From: Podarcis melisellensis
Taxonomy: Eukaryota
NCBI GenBank assembly: GCA_964234715.1
Contig: OZ174275.1
Length of the DNA: 64,000 bases
Reading direction: 5' to 3' (one strand)
The first letter of the stretch is position 1, and each line of letters opens with the position of its first letter. Shown here one piece after another: positions 50,077-64,000 of the stretch. Both the position numbers and the translations under genes were made by a program. The notes under the pieces were generated by a model. It was not told the DNA's origin, did no database searches, and worked only from the letters and a program-made list of their open reading frames with translations.

Positions 50077-52415
50077 GCCGGATTGGGAGAACGTGCATGT
50101 GTAAAGTAGAACGTGTGCTTGACTGATTCCTTGCCATGTGAACTATATTTGCGCTACCATTCTAATTGTGGACTTTATTGCAGTACATTAACTTATCTTC
50201 TGAAGGGCTCAATAACAACAGCAAACACATAGGAACACAGAGGGGAAAAATATGGGGGGGAGGAGAGATGAGCTCTCCACTCAACTGTAACTACCAAGTG
50301 CCTAAAATTCAATTACCTGCTCAAATTAATCAAAGCAATAGGACTTTATTTGATTGGGTATTGTTTTACACCAATAAATTTGTTCAGTGTTTTTAACCAA
50401 AATGTAAAATACATATTGTATTTTTGTTTTGTTTTGTTACATACCATTTAGTGAATAGCCTTCAGTGGGCTTTCTTGATCTCATGACTTGTAAATAGGTA
50501 ATACTTGGAAGTGATCCGCTGTGGATTTTTTTTAATGATTTCAATACATTCCTTCTGGACAGTTTGACTTAGTTTTGAGATTCTGTTGCACTTATTATTA
50601 TGATGATGTATGCATACACCTTCATATGCATATGTAAGGACTTACCATATACGAAGGGGAGAAACTCATTAAATTGTACCCTTTTAAGAAAAATGCACTC
50701 CTCTTAAGGGTGGGGAAAACATCCAGAAGTTGGTGTAGATGTGATTACATTTTACAAAGGGTTAAACTTAATTGGGATAAGAAAGGCTTGGATAGTGGGG
50801 TTTCGGCTGTAAATAGGATGTGATAACATATGGCTTATTTTAAATACACAGCTACCTGCTTTCAGATTCTACCTGCTATATACCAGTTGGTAGTGAAGCT
50901 GAAGTGAGGAGGTATAGCTCATAGAACACAATACAAACACAGAGGAATCATGGATGAAATTCCACTACTGTTTTCTACAGGTAGAGGCAGCTTTTGGGTA
51001 ACAATGTTATTTATTAATTAGCACTAAGATATTAACTTCTCAGTAATCAGTATTATAATTCCTGAGGACCACAACTGTTCAGTTGTCAGAATAATAAAAA
51101 TCTGGTGCCCTGCCGTAAAATTAGGATACACTCCCTAAATAAGCTTGTACTTCCATTCCACAAGAGATTCTGCCATGCGACAATCCAGGTTGGCTCATAA
51201 AGTAAGAGCTGTCTCTCAGCTGAAATGTAGCTAGTTAACGAAACAGTTTATCACTGCATACATTCTCAAACCTGAAATAGATTTTTTTATCCCAGTTCAG
51301 ATCTGCTGATGGATGCAGCATCTTACAAGAAGTGTAAGTCAGATGTGCAGTTGGAAATTGTAAATGTAGTTGCACTTCATTTCTTCCAAACATGTGGGTT
51401 TAATAGGGAACGCACAATCTGTTGAACGCTACAGTGCACAGATGACTTTCTCACTTTAGAAATGCATCTGCCTTGGGCTTGTGGCTATCCTTTCCAGATT
51501 AGAGTGCTTGTATTTCATATTTTTAACCAGTTGAAACATTTAAAGCAAAGTTTTAATTACCAAGAGCGGCCATTGCCAACCCCACCTATCGCTTACAAGG
51601 CAGGGCACTTGATTTTCTCTCCCAAGACAAAAATCAGACTAAAGTTAAGGGACATCTTGCTTTCCTTTCCTGGTAGCACTGCATCACTGTTAATTGTAAA
51701 ATTTATTGTATAGTATTTAACCACTGAATTATTTTCTTTTTTGTTGTGCTTATGTGAACCACTGGTAAAGGTCCCATATTCCTTTAATAATGTGTAGTTA
51801 TATGATAATGTTTCTAAATGTACAGATATTTTGCTACAAATTTGGTGCTTTTTATGGTTTTTACACTTCTCTTTAATTCCCACTCTAGCCTCGGGGTAAT
51901 ATTGTAAATATTGTTTAAAAATGCATCAGCCTGTTCTATACAATCTGAATGTTATTTTAACTTATAGTTTTGTTTTTTTTATATTTAACTAAATGGACAG
52001 TTTGGGGCTCAAAAGTTATTACATTGACATTTGCTTAACTATTTACAGAGAAGTTTATTTTAAACAAACTGCCAATTGTTCTCTCAATTTACAGCAATGT
52101 GTACTTGACATGTTAAAGAGAACATGCCACGATTGTGCCATTTTCCTTCGCAGAAAGATGAATGTTTAGGTTTGGGGGAAACAACATTTGGTAATATAAT
52201 TCAAAAATTTAAGGAGTTATGAGAAATCACAGTATGCTAAAAATATTTAGAAAGGAACAATGGGCTGTAATATTGGCATGTTCTCTTCAATATTTTATCT
52301 AGTAACAGACCTGCTTCTTAGCAATATTATAGGTGTTTTATAAAAGCAGTTCATGTTACTTTTCTGATCTGTTCATGGCATATGATTGAATAAACTATTT
52401 ACACTACTACAAATG
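50077..52415 (+). other. FMNL2: FMNL2 3'UTR (approximate end)
   Basis: AT-rich, apparently TE-free region after the stop codon; AATAAA at 52389-52394; three TGTAAATA motifs. Confidence 0.65.
52389..52394 (+). promoter_or_regulatory. Putative FMNL2 polyadenylation signal
   Basis: AATAAA at the end of the AT-rich UTR-like block. Confidence 0.6.
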
Positions 52416-52924
52416 ATCCACAGCTTTTCCTTGTTACTCAGACTGATCTATATGGGGCCATAGAATTATGCAGAGTAGCAGGGCTGTGCTAAAACAAGGA
52501 CCAGAGAGAGCTGCATGTAAGCGGGAGTTCCTTTTGGCACTGGACTTTTTCCACAATGTAGTAGTAATGAGCTATAAACAGGTAACTTCATTACCATGCA
52601 CTTTCTCTTATAAGGTTAAAAGCAAACAACCCTTTTTAAATTAAACGCTGGAAAAATGAAACCTAGTGATGGGATGAGCAGACTACATAGACTCAGAATT
52701 GTAGAATTGGAAAGATCTCCATGTAATCATTTGCATTGCTTTACGTTTGCATTAGGCAAAACCTATTTGAAGAAGTTTCAAATGATGCAGTATATATGTA
52801 TGTTGTTTCTCTTTGAGATGCAGTAGGGAAAGTTCAAATGTACAAGATATGCAAACTAGAGAAGAAATCAGATTGTAGCAAATAAGATATGGGGCATGAC
52901 AGTTTGCAGAAATATGAAGAAACT

Positions 52925-55269
52925 AACTTTATACTTAAAGCTTTTTATTTTTAATGGAAAAATAAAGACAACGCTTTAAAAAGTAATGTTTACTTAAAAA
53001 CATGTTTCTTCATGTAAATTATGCAAGGCGGCAATAAGAAAATATTTTACATAAATATCACTTGCATCGGAGCGGGGAAACTGCTATTCCTTCATAGCTG
53101 TTTTAAGTACTGTGACACTTTCCCACTTCTATACCAGTATGTAGCTGAGTGTGAAACATGATGCGCTACCAATCCATGTACGGCAAACTATGCAATTGGT
53201 ATGAACAAGTTAACCGTACTTGCAGTTTCTCAAACAGGAAGCCAAATATGCAATTTTTTTTTCTTTTCCTCCTCAACATTAACAAAATACATATTTAAAT
53301 TCTCTTGTATAAGCAGAGTCCCAAACACTATGACAGCAGGAAGTCATAGCATTTTACATTCTCATTCCCCAACACTTACTGCTCTGGAATTTCCTGGACG
53401 TTTCATTGCACTCTACCTTAAGCTATATAACTAGACAAAATTAGTATGAATAATTTTTCATTAAGAAGTGATCACCATAAAGGAGGGATGATTCATTTTG
53501 TTGCGCCTGAGAGTATTCAGAATGCATCGTGTACAACCCTGTACTGTTTGATGTCTCCCCCCATACTCTATCAATTGGGGGAGGGGGGGAGAGAAGGAAA
53601 AATCAGTGAAAATGGCTTCTCTCCAATCAGCAGAGTTCCCTTATAGGAGTGGCAGTTCCAAGCCACTGTACTGTGAAGCCAACCTTTTACTTGCAAGTAG
53701 AGCAAACTGTTACACAAGCGCCATAGAAATCTGTAAAACCTAAGGATAACAACATGCCTGCTATATTTGTCCTTATTTCTTAATTTGCATAGTAGAGGCT
53801 AAATTCACAAATAAAAAGGCCAATCTTGAATTACCACCACTATATATTGTTAAGTATTCCACTTCTGTGCTGTTACAGATCTTTGACAGCTCCTTTCTTT
53901 TGTTGCTGTGATTATACATATATTAAAAAGGAAGCACCACACTAGAGTACTTAACTTAACCAGTAACACTGTGTGAGATCAGTAATGTGTTGGCTGTACA
54001 GAGCATTTTTAAAAAACAGAAAAAATACTAGTGCACGCTAGAAGACAAGGTTTAATAAGTGATAAAAATGTACAAAAATATTCAAATCAGAAAGATTTTA
54101 GAGTCTGTACCACAGTAGTCAATACTCCTCAATGTATAGGGCTGATAGTTTTAATCAAAGGCTGGTCAGAATCTATTCAGTACAAAGGAAAAAAGAACAG
54201 AATAAAAGGAGACCAGGTTTTCAACATTAGGTCAACATATTTCAAAAGAAAAGTATTACGTTAACATTGATTTTTCTAGACAAGAGTATTGCAACTGCTT
54301 TCCAAAACTTGGTGGTACATTCTTCGGAAGTCCTTAAGGCAACATATTGCATCAATTTAGTCTGATTTTGCTATTTTCTGTAACATTAAGATTAATGCTG
54401 AAATAATACCCTTTGCCAATTTGGTTTTTTTCTTTGTACATATACCAGGTTCTTCTCTAATAAAAAAATGGCAGCTATGTTATTACATCAGCATACCTTA
54501 CAGCCTTGAAAATTAAGGGCCTATTAGGATTTCCATTAATTAATCTATTTTTCACAGTTTTAAAACTTGACACTAAAAATTCACTTCAGGGTGAAACTCG
54601 ATATACATTTCAACCTAAAGTCAAAATTCAATAGAAACCACCTAAAACATCATTTTGGCCAGCAAGGTAATACACAAAAACCCAATAATGGATTCTGGAC
54701 TACCATAAATGAAGAAAAAATATTTCCCCCTCTCGTCTTCCTTTCCCTCCACTTGCAAAATAAAAAAAGTAATTAAAAAAAACCAACAGAAGTGGAGCCC
54801 AAGAAAATTATAGGAGCATCTTTCTGAACAGAACATGTGCACCCCTTACCCACCCCCAGACCTTATTTGACAAGAAAAACAAGTTTAGGCTTTCATAGCA
54901 AGAGCTGTTTTATAGACACAAGAGGCCCGAAAGGCTCAAGTACTTTTCCAAGCCGCTATTGAAAGGGCTCAAAAATAAAAAGATTTTCTGTTCATCCTAA
55001 TGTGCTCTTTGAAGAATGCCAAGGTGCATGGGGTATATATACAGGCTGCCTAGCTTATTAGAAGCAGAACTTCAGCTTGAATTCTGAATGTTCACCGTCT
55101 TTGACAATTTGCTGCCAGGCACACAATGATATTATTTGAAATATTTAGTTATGCAGTAGAACTGAAAAGCCATTGCTATGCCAATGGAACATTGGAATCC
55201 ATTTCCTGAAATGAATCATCTATATTTCTTATTAAATCACATTGTAAACATATTTGGTATAAATACTTT
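52925..55269 (-). other. PRPF40A: PRPF40A 3'UTR (approximate end)
   Basis: Follows the stop codon at 55270-55272; U-rich on the - strand, no obvious TEs, contains poly(A) signal candidates. Confidence 0.55.
52944..52949 (-). promoter_or_regulatory. Putative distal PRPF40A polyadenylation signal
   Basis: TTTATT on + (AATAAA on -); a proximal ATTAAA alternative lies at 54051-54056. Confidence 0.5.
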
Positions 55270-55386
<117 letters not shown>

Positions 55387-56347
55387 TCAATATACCCTTC
55401 CCACAGTTTAGAATTCAGTCATTGTAGTTATTTCGAACATTTCAGTATTTGTTAAGAACTGCAGTTTGGCCATCACTAGACAGCCTAAGATTTCATACTA
55501 AAAATCACTTGAAACTCTCAAACTATACGATTTTAGCACCACTGGTAAATTACAGGCCTCAGGCCTATTTAATGACCAAATTCAAATAACTACTTTTAAG
55601 TGCACCCAATATATTTTTTTAATTACTTTTTCATTTGACTGGCTGGCACTGCTCCCTCAAGAAAAGTCAAAATTGATCAAGGACATTGTGTAGTCACACT
55701 TCCAGGCAGACAGTAACTTTAGTGGTGAACAACATACTGAGAACAAAGGAGAAGGATGCACTCTTCCAGGTTACGATGCTACAGCAATTTTATCTAAAGT
55801 TATATGCTGCCCTTTTAATCCACATTCAGTAAGTCAAATGTAAAGAGAGAATAAATGACATGTTCCACCACTATGAACAGAAATCCCATACAAAATGTTG
55901 ATATAACTAGTGTCTGAACAAAAGATGCTTGAGGAATCTGATCTTTCTGAAGTTGAAAGTAACTTAATCTGAACTCCGAATAAACATGGGAGTCTCTTAG
56001 TGCCTTCTTCACAGAAAAGCTATGCCCAAAGTGATTTAGGTCTAGGGGGCTAAATCCTAGTGTTAAATCTTCAAAAAGGAGTTGGATGTACTCATCAGAT
56101 GCCTCAGTAATCGCAGGGAGGAAGGGGAATTGCTCATACTGTATTCTAAACCCTAACTGGACTTCCAGAACAGAGTTCAGGTTAGTGCAAAGCCAAGCCA
56201 CTGAAGTGGCTTGATCGTTTTGCTGTTCTCAGTGGATTTTCAATAGTACTGTTAACTTGAAGGTACTGAGTTAACTACACATCACCACCTTGAGTAAATA
56301 CATATAGTATCAGTGGCTGGTGGTCACTGTAAATTCTAAGGCTTATA

Positions 56348-56589
56348 CAGTGGTACCTCGGGTTACATACGCTTCAGGGTACATACACTTCTGGTTACAG
56401 ACTTTGCTAACCCAGAAATATTACCTCGGGTTAAGAACTTTGCTTCAGGATAAGAACAGAAATTGTGTGGTAGTGGTGCGGCTGCAGCGGGAGGCCCCAT
56501 TAGCTAAAGTGGTGCTTCAGGTTTAGAACAGTTTCAGGTTAAGAACAGACCTCCGGAACGAATTAAATTCTTAACCCGAGGTACCACTG
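56348..56589. mobile_element. Tc1/mariner (pogo/Tigger-like) MITE
   Basis: TIR CAGTGGTACCTCGGGTTA / TAACCCGAGGTACCACTG flanked by TA duplication. Confidence 0.9.
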
Positions 56590-57292
56590 TACAAGAGATG
56601 TGTATTAGCTAGAAACAGTTCTGGAGACCAAACAATAGTTTGTTATGCTTGAACCACAATAACTTAGTCCCATTAAGCCATTATGATCCATAGTTGCCAC
56701 TCTATTGAGAATTAGCAGAGCCAATCTATATTGTAATTGGGCCAGGCAGAAGCCAGCAAAACTTAAATGCGGATCATTAAATTCTAGCATTTAGGTCCTC
56801 AGCTACAGCTAATAAGCTCTCAGGAAATTTTGTGGATGAAGAGAAGATACAATGTTACACTTTAGTCCATGCTTCCTTATACAAGCTTGGTGTTTAAAGG
56901 AAGGATATAAACTCGAAAGGCCAAAACAAAACTACAGCTATACAAAATGACCTCTTGGGCCAATGTGTGTATCAGTTATCCACCAATTTGTTCTTTTCCA
57001 AATGTTGTGATAGCTTTGGCAGCTTATATGTATCAAAATACATCTGTGGCTGTCCAGATAATGGAATATAGCTCCCATCACTGCAGATGACTGGCCATGC
57101 TGGCTGGGCTGATTGGCATCCAACATCATCTGGAGGGCCCCAGGTTTTTTAAAAAATTGCAGCATAACTATTATGGGTAAAAAACAAGCAACAGTGACAC
57201 TGATCAGAAATAGCAGATCCTTCCACCTTTAGACGACACAACCACTAATCTACTGGTAAGACAGTTAACACAATAAAGCCAAGGAAACTCAC

Positions 57293-57421
57293 AGAATCTT
57301 TGCCAGGTCGCTTTTTAGGAGGTGATTTATGCTTAGATTCAGATCTTTGCCTACTTCTTTCCTTTTCATTTTCTCTCTCCTTTTTGTCTTTTTCTCGATC
57401 CACATCCGATTCTGGAGAATC
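57293..57421 (-). CDS. PRPF40A: PRPF40A coding exon
   Basis: gtacag|GAT...TCT|gtgagt; [43 protein letters not shown]. Confidence 0.95.
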
Positions 57422-58073
57422 CTGTACAGAGTAAGATAAACAGTATAAATCAAGGATGCACAGAGAATACACTGTAGAAGGGTGGGGCCAATGGGAATCT
57501 ACCTCTAGTTCCACAAGAGTCTTTCTATATCCCAAGCCTGTGTTTCAATCAATTCTCATTACCACACAACAGTCTGGTGTCAAAATATTAACTTTCAAAA
57601 TCATGACTGAACATTTAAAGAGACTTAACCTAGCTCTTACTCATGCCAACTGGCTGCAAGTCTTAACTGGTATGGGGGGGACTCGTCTACCTGCAAGGCT
57701 TCTAACTGTACATCATATTCATAGCACAGAAATTATGTGCAAGTGAAGCACAACAAACTGGATTCAGACTTTCTGGCTCAGGAGAAGTATCTGGCAGCTT
57801 GTGAGCTTTTAAACAGGAAACTTCAGTGATACAGAATGCTTTAACTTTCAAGAATTTGGTTAGGAAGGAAGACTACTACTACTTTTTAGGGATTTTTTAA
57901 AACAAAAAAAAATGGCTGTACCAAATGTACTGTCACACAATTCACATACAAATAATAAAATAGCACACTGTTGTTCAATTTTATTAAGTGCGCCTTAATT
58001 CTTCGTTTCACAGATAGATACAAGAAATTGAGTGGGGTGGGAGGAGAACAGTGCCAAACTGAGGTATACTCAC

Positions 58074-58135
58074 AGACTTGTGTCTCCTCTTTTTGTTCTT
58101 CTTTTTGTGTTTCTTTGATTTCTTGTAGCTTCTCT
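58074..58135 (-). CDS. PRPF40A: PRPF40A coding exon (K-rich)
   Basis: taatag|AG...TCT|gtgagt; (E)RSYKKSKKHKKKNKKRRHKS. Confidence 0.93.
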
Positions 58136-58230
58136 CTATTAATGCATTAGAATTAAATAGGTATCAGGGTTATTTAAGTTGATAACTGCTAAATCTCTAT
58201 TTTGTTAGGTAAGATTTTTTTTTTAAGTAC

Positions 58231-58327
58231 CAGATTCCGCGCTGGAGGAGCGTTCGGAGACTGATCGAGAGTCTGAGCGTTGCCTCTTTTTCTTTGAATG
58301 ACTGTCATCATCCTCAGATTCTGAACC
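58231..58327 (-). CDS. PRPF40A: PRPF40A coding exon
   Basis: ttaaag|GGT...G|gtactt; [32 protein letters not shown]. Confidence 0.93.
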
Positions 58328-58411
58328 CTTTAAAGCAAGAGTATTTGACATGTAACATTAGTTTTTAAAGGCTGGGTGGTAAAAAGAACCAACTGAATAC
58401 TGCATACTTAC

Positions 58412-58498
58412 CGAACGAGAGCGAGACCTTTTTCTGTGATGCTTTTTTGATTTTTTAGAATGCTTCTTGTTCTTTGAATGATGGTGTTGACACTCGTG
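58412..58498 (-). CDS. PRPF40A: PRPF40A coding exon (H/K/RS-rich)
   Basis: ctgcag|CAC...TCG|gtaagt; [29 protein letters not shown]. Confidence 0.95.
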
Positions 58499-59631
58499 CT
58501 GCAGCATTGAAAGAATAAAAATTACTCATTTGAAAGAGTAAGCATGCGTTTTGTTAATTTTTTTGCTACACAAATACAGTATGTATAGTGTATCTCTTTA
58601 AGTCTCTATTCTGAAATACTTCCTCTATATACTTTTATTTTGAAACTGCACTGCATGCCTTTTTGGACACTGGCTTTTACTTGCTTTGCAAAGCCACACT
58701 TGTTCATACTCTTCCATCTTCTTAACAGCAAATGAGATTTTGGAAACACAGGATACTTCTTGCAAAGAAAGATGTTTGGGAGGTATGAATTACAACATTT
58801 AAAGAGCAGTTCCAACAGTGGGAGGGCTGACATCTTCATGTAATCCTTCCTGATGATGAATACACTACCAGTGTTCAGGTTATTAAAAATAGAATCTAAT
58901 GAAAAAGATGCCAACCGTTAAAATTAATTACACATCACTCTCAGACAGGAAGCTAATGTCCCCATAAATATATTCTACAAAGCTATGCTTTCAATAGTAT
59001 TTTGTGTCCAGGCAAATGCTGACACCTACTGCCAGCATTTTAGGCAGTAGATATTTTAGGGCAGTAGATATTTTAGGGACAGCATCCTTCTGTTATTTGG
59101 ACCCCAGATGAAGCCATAATGAAATTGATCCAAGCTGGGCTGCCATACCCTTTCAAGCACCTTGCCACAGTATTCCCCAATCAGTGATAGTTGTTAAATA
59201 AATAACTTGGTCCAGTGATGCCCCCTTAAGGATGGCTGGAACTTGCTCCTGCCCCAGTGAGACGTTATTCTCTTTGGTCCCAACCCAGCTAATCCCCTTC
59301 GGCTCACTCTAATAAGCAAGCTGAGCAAGGCCTTTTGTACTCCAAAACCTTTGGAGAGCACCAGCTTGGAGAAAGGCGGCTTTAGTTCATGAGTTGTCCA
59401 AGGAAAAAATTGGGAAAGGGTGTCCACATGAGAGAGAAAAGGGAATACCTCACCAACTTTTGGCTCTGGCTCCCACCCACCACTTGCATTGCAGGCGCCA
59501 ACAGATTTTCACTAAGAGATACAGGAAGAAAAGGTTCTCCAATTCTATTGTAGGGGATCAGTTCAATAAGTTAAGTTTTTAAAAATCTGTTTCAAATCTA
59601 TCAGACAATGCTCATATCATAGTATCATTAC

Positions 59632-59727
59632 CTCTAGTAAATAAATGAAATCTTTAAATATTCTTTTTCTTTCTGATTCTAGAGTGATGTCTTCAAATGC
59701 TGGTTCTTTCACAAACCTTTCCCGAAT
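59632..59727 (-). CDS. PRPF40A: PRPF40A coding exon (last FF domain)
   Basis: atatag|ATT...GAG|gtaatg; [32 protein letters not shown]. Confidence 0.95.
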
Positions 59728-60461
59728 CTATATATAAGAGAAGAATTATGTATATGGTTTAGCCAGCAACTTCAATTTATAAAATAAAAATGTTCTGTTT
59801 ATAAATTACTTTGTTTTTCCAAAAAAAATCAGACTACGGCTCAATACAATCTACTAGGTAAAAGTATTGTGTTCATAAAAACCAGATCAAATAATGATGA
59901 AACACACTCCTGCTGATATTCTTAGCATAGCTGAATCTTAGCCAAGATCCCATGGTAAAGACAGAAACGTGAGGTGCTTTATGTATGATGCTTATAAAGG
60001 TTAAGAATTTAGACCCCACATCAATTTTCTTCAGAAATGCATTCCAGTATTCTCACTGAACATAATCCAAAGCTTTTCCAATCATCAAATATTCATATTG
60101 TGCCAAGTGGGATTAATTCTTCCTTGACTTCTAGAAGAGTACCCTGTATAAAAACCTATCTGATCCATGTTTGGAATATCTGATGCCACAATTTTAAATG
60201 TGAGAAAACATTCAAAAGTGCATTTCATTCCAAAATGTATCTATTATCTCTGCTCTTAAACGGGACCTTTTTGCATCCTCCTGGGAAGACACCCCACTGC
60301 CCCACCCCATGACCACTTGAGTTAAAATCCTTCAATTTATCTCCCTGCAAGCACTTCACCTATTTTGTTATTCCATTTACAGGCTTTCTAATTTCATTTA
60401 AAAGAAATTGTACTTAGATCGATACATTTAACTATTATAGGTCTATTGCTGCTGTTCATTA

Positions 60462-60719
<258 letters not shown>

Positions 60720-61358
60720 CTACATCAAAACAAAACCAAGTGACCATTCAATGTAAGGGCAATGGAAAAAAGGGAAAACAACCAAATCCCATTTTGCAAG
60801 GGAGTACTTTTCTCATTATTTGCTGTGCATGTGTCACATATAATGGTGGTTCAGACGCACTACCAAATCATGTGATTGAACCTAATGTGATCCATTCATG
60901 AGTAGAACAGACTTCCCACTCACTATGTAGGACTTTGCCTTCGTCTCTTTTCACTTGAGCACCTCCAGAATCCCCTCTGGGGAGTCCCTCAATCATCTGG
61001 AGCTTATTTGGGGGGGGGGGGTGTAGGAAGGAGAAGAGGAAGTCATGTTGCATGAGTGGAGGTCTTTTCATGCAACATTTGGCACCACCCATGATTTGGT
61101 TCTATAAATGACTAACAGGGCAAATTCTGATACATCATAGTTTGCCACTAAACTTTGATTGAAACTTATCTGAGTGGAGGAGGTAGGATGCAAGCCTGAG
61201 GCTCCTCAACTGTGATTTGCTTTTAGGTCTAAACAGCCCCATCAATTCCACACTTTCCCACCTATCATCATTAAGTTTATATTCTAGCATTTGACTATAC
61301 AGATACTACATACTTATTTGCAGACTTGTAAACATTTTATCAAGTCTTCTTAACATTA

Positions 61359-61553
<195 letters not shown>

Positions 61554-61593
61554 TTACAACATGACAGTGTGGATTCCCAGCTCAAGGTATCTA

Positions 61594-61764
<171 letters not shown>

Positions 61765-61875
61765 CTACATTGGTCAAAACCTCCCGCTTACCCAAGAGTT
61801 GCATTTCTTATTACATTAGTAACCCTGCTTCTATCTACCCAAAATGCGCAAGCATTACCTCCATCTTATTTTCTA

Positions 61876-62145
<270 letters not shown>

Positions 62146-62498
62146 CTAACATACCTCTAGGACTGCAATACTAATAATGTCTACTCAGAAATTAAGTCTC
62201 ACTGAATTCAGTGGCACTTACTACCAGCTAAGTGGAGTTAGGACTGCAGTCTTGAGTAGGGGTGGCTAACCTGTGCTCCCTGATGACGCTGGACTACAAC
62301 TCCCATCATCCCTGACCATGGGCCATACTGTGACAGACATGCCAGGAGATGATGAATCGAAAATAAACTTTCTTCAGGTAAAACAGACTATGGTGAAGCC
62401 ATAAAATGTTGACCTGCAAGATCTTTTAGTATTTATCTACACTCATTATTTGCACTTTACAGAATACCAAGATTGATGGTAACCTATCCCAACACCTA

Positions 62499-62903
<405 letters not shown>

Positions 62904-63713
62904 TTAAAAAATCTGGCTCGTGCTTTTGGCAAAGCTTTTGCTTTGTTTCTCATGTAAGATTTATAAAGTCTCAGAAGAAACCATAGCCCTTTCTTTAGAT
63001 GTTACATTATCAGGGGAAAAAAAGAAGGGACAGGCATGGGGCAAATGTGCTAACCCCCCCGCATCATTCTCATCAGCATCCAAGTTCTGGAGGGCAACTG
63101 CCTGAAGATTGGAGCCACTTGTGCACAGGAGCCTCCAGGAGTACAGCAGGCTTCTGACACCAGACAAGTCTCCTTCAACATCCCTGCCTGCCCCAACATT
63201 TTTAATGGCAATTTCTCACTACAAGAGCAATCTGTAGCAAGCCTCAGAAACATGCACTCCCTTCCTTCATTTCTGCTATACCAATGACAAGCTTTTGATT
63301 TTAAAGTAACAGGAGCTTTCAATGATTTCCAAACCCAAGATACCCAGGTGCTTTGCTTACATTCATGTTATCTATCTATCTAATATATAAATACATATAT
63401 ACATATGTGCACGCACACACACCCCACCCAAACAAAATATTAACAAAAAATACTGCTAAACCATATAAAGGAAAATAAACTGATTAGGTCTGAATTGGAT
63501 CAAAGTCTGTGCAGTGCTGGCTCCTGCATTCTCCACTAAGAGCAATGTGAGTTTGCAAGGGAGTAACAATGCTGTTTTATCAGGCACACCACCTCTAAAC
63601 TGGAGCAAGCTAGATTGAAGGTTAAAGATCCGAGTTGCTGTTGCCATCAGATCATCATTAAGATCATATTCCGACAATAAAGGAACCAGGATATTTTGAG
63701 TTGTATTTAACTA

Positions 63714-64000
<287 letters not shown>

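Noticed and set aside
59038-59080. Short ~18-bp tandem repeat (GGCAGTAGATATTTTAG)
   Set aside because: Ordinary slippage duplication with two copies only; not an array.

Overview
Vertebrate genomic DNA from a squamate lizard (Sauria SINEs present; probably a lacertid, which is an inference), taken from a draft assembly with three N-gaps. The window holds two convergent (tail-to-tail) genes. On the + strand is the 3' portion of FMNL2 (formin-like 2): 19 constitutive coding exons (6300-44293) covering the GBD/FH3, coiled-coil, FH1 poly-proline, FH2 and WH2/DAD regions, two alternative C-terminal exons (45612, 49967) and a 3'UTR to about 52.4 kb. On the - strand is the 3' portion of PRPF40A (FBP11): 12 coding exons (64000 to 55270) encoding FF domains and the RS/K-rich tail. 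I placed all splice junctions by hand and reading-frame phase is consistent throughout. Introns carry Sauria SINEs, hAT and Tc1/mariner MITEs, L2/CR1 tails, microsatellites and a DIRS/Ngaro-like insertion. The most interesting observations are: a frame-preserving 21-nt microexon candidate between FH1 and FH2 (31256-31276) with an SRRM4-type UGC; a candidate third FMNL2 terminal exon that would remove the DAD and add a hydrophobic tail; QKI and RBFOX motif clusters around the alternative C-terminal exon; a GC-AG intron; a precisely delimitable SGNH-hydrolase-bearing retroelement insertion; and a perfect 169-bp tandem duplication. I do not see a wholly new gene system. The novelty candidates are at the level of splicing isoforms and transposable elements.
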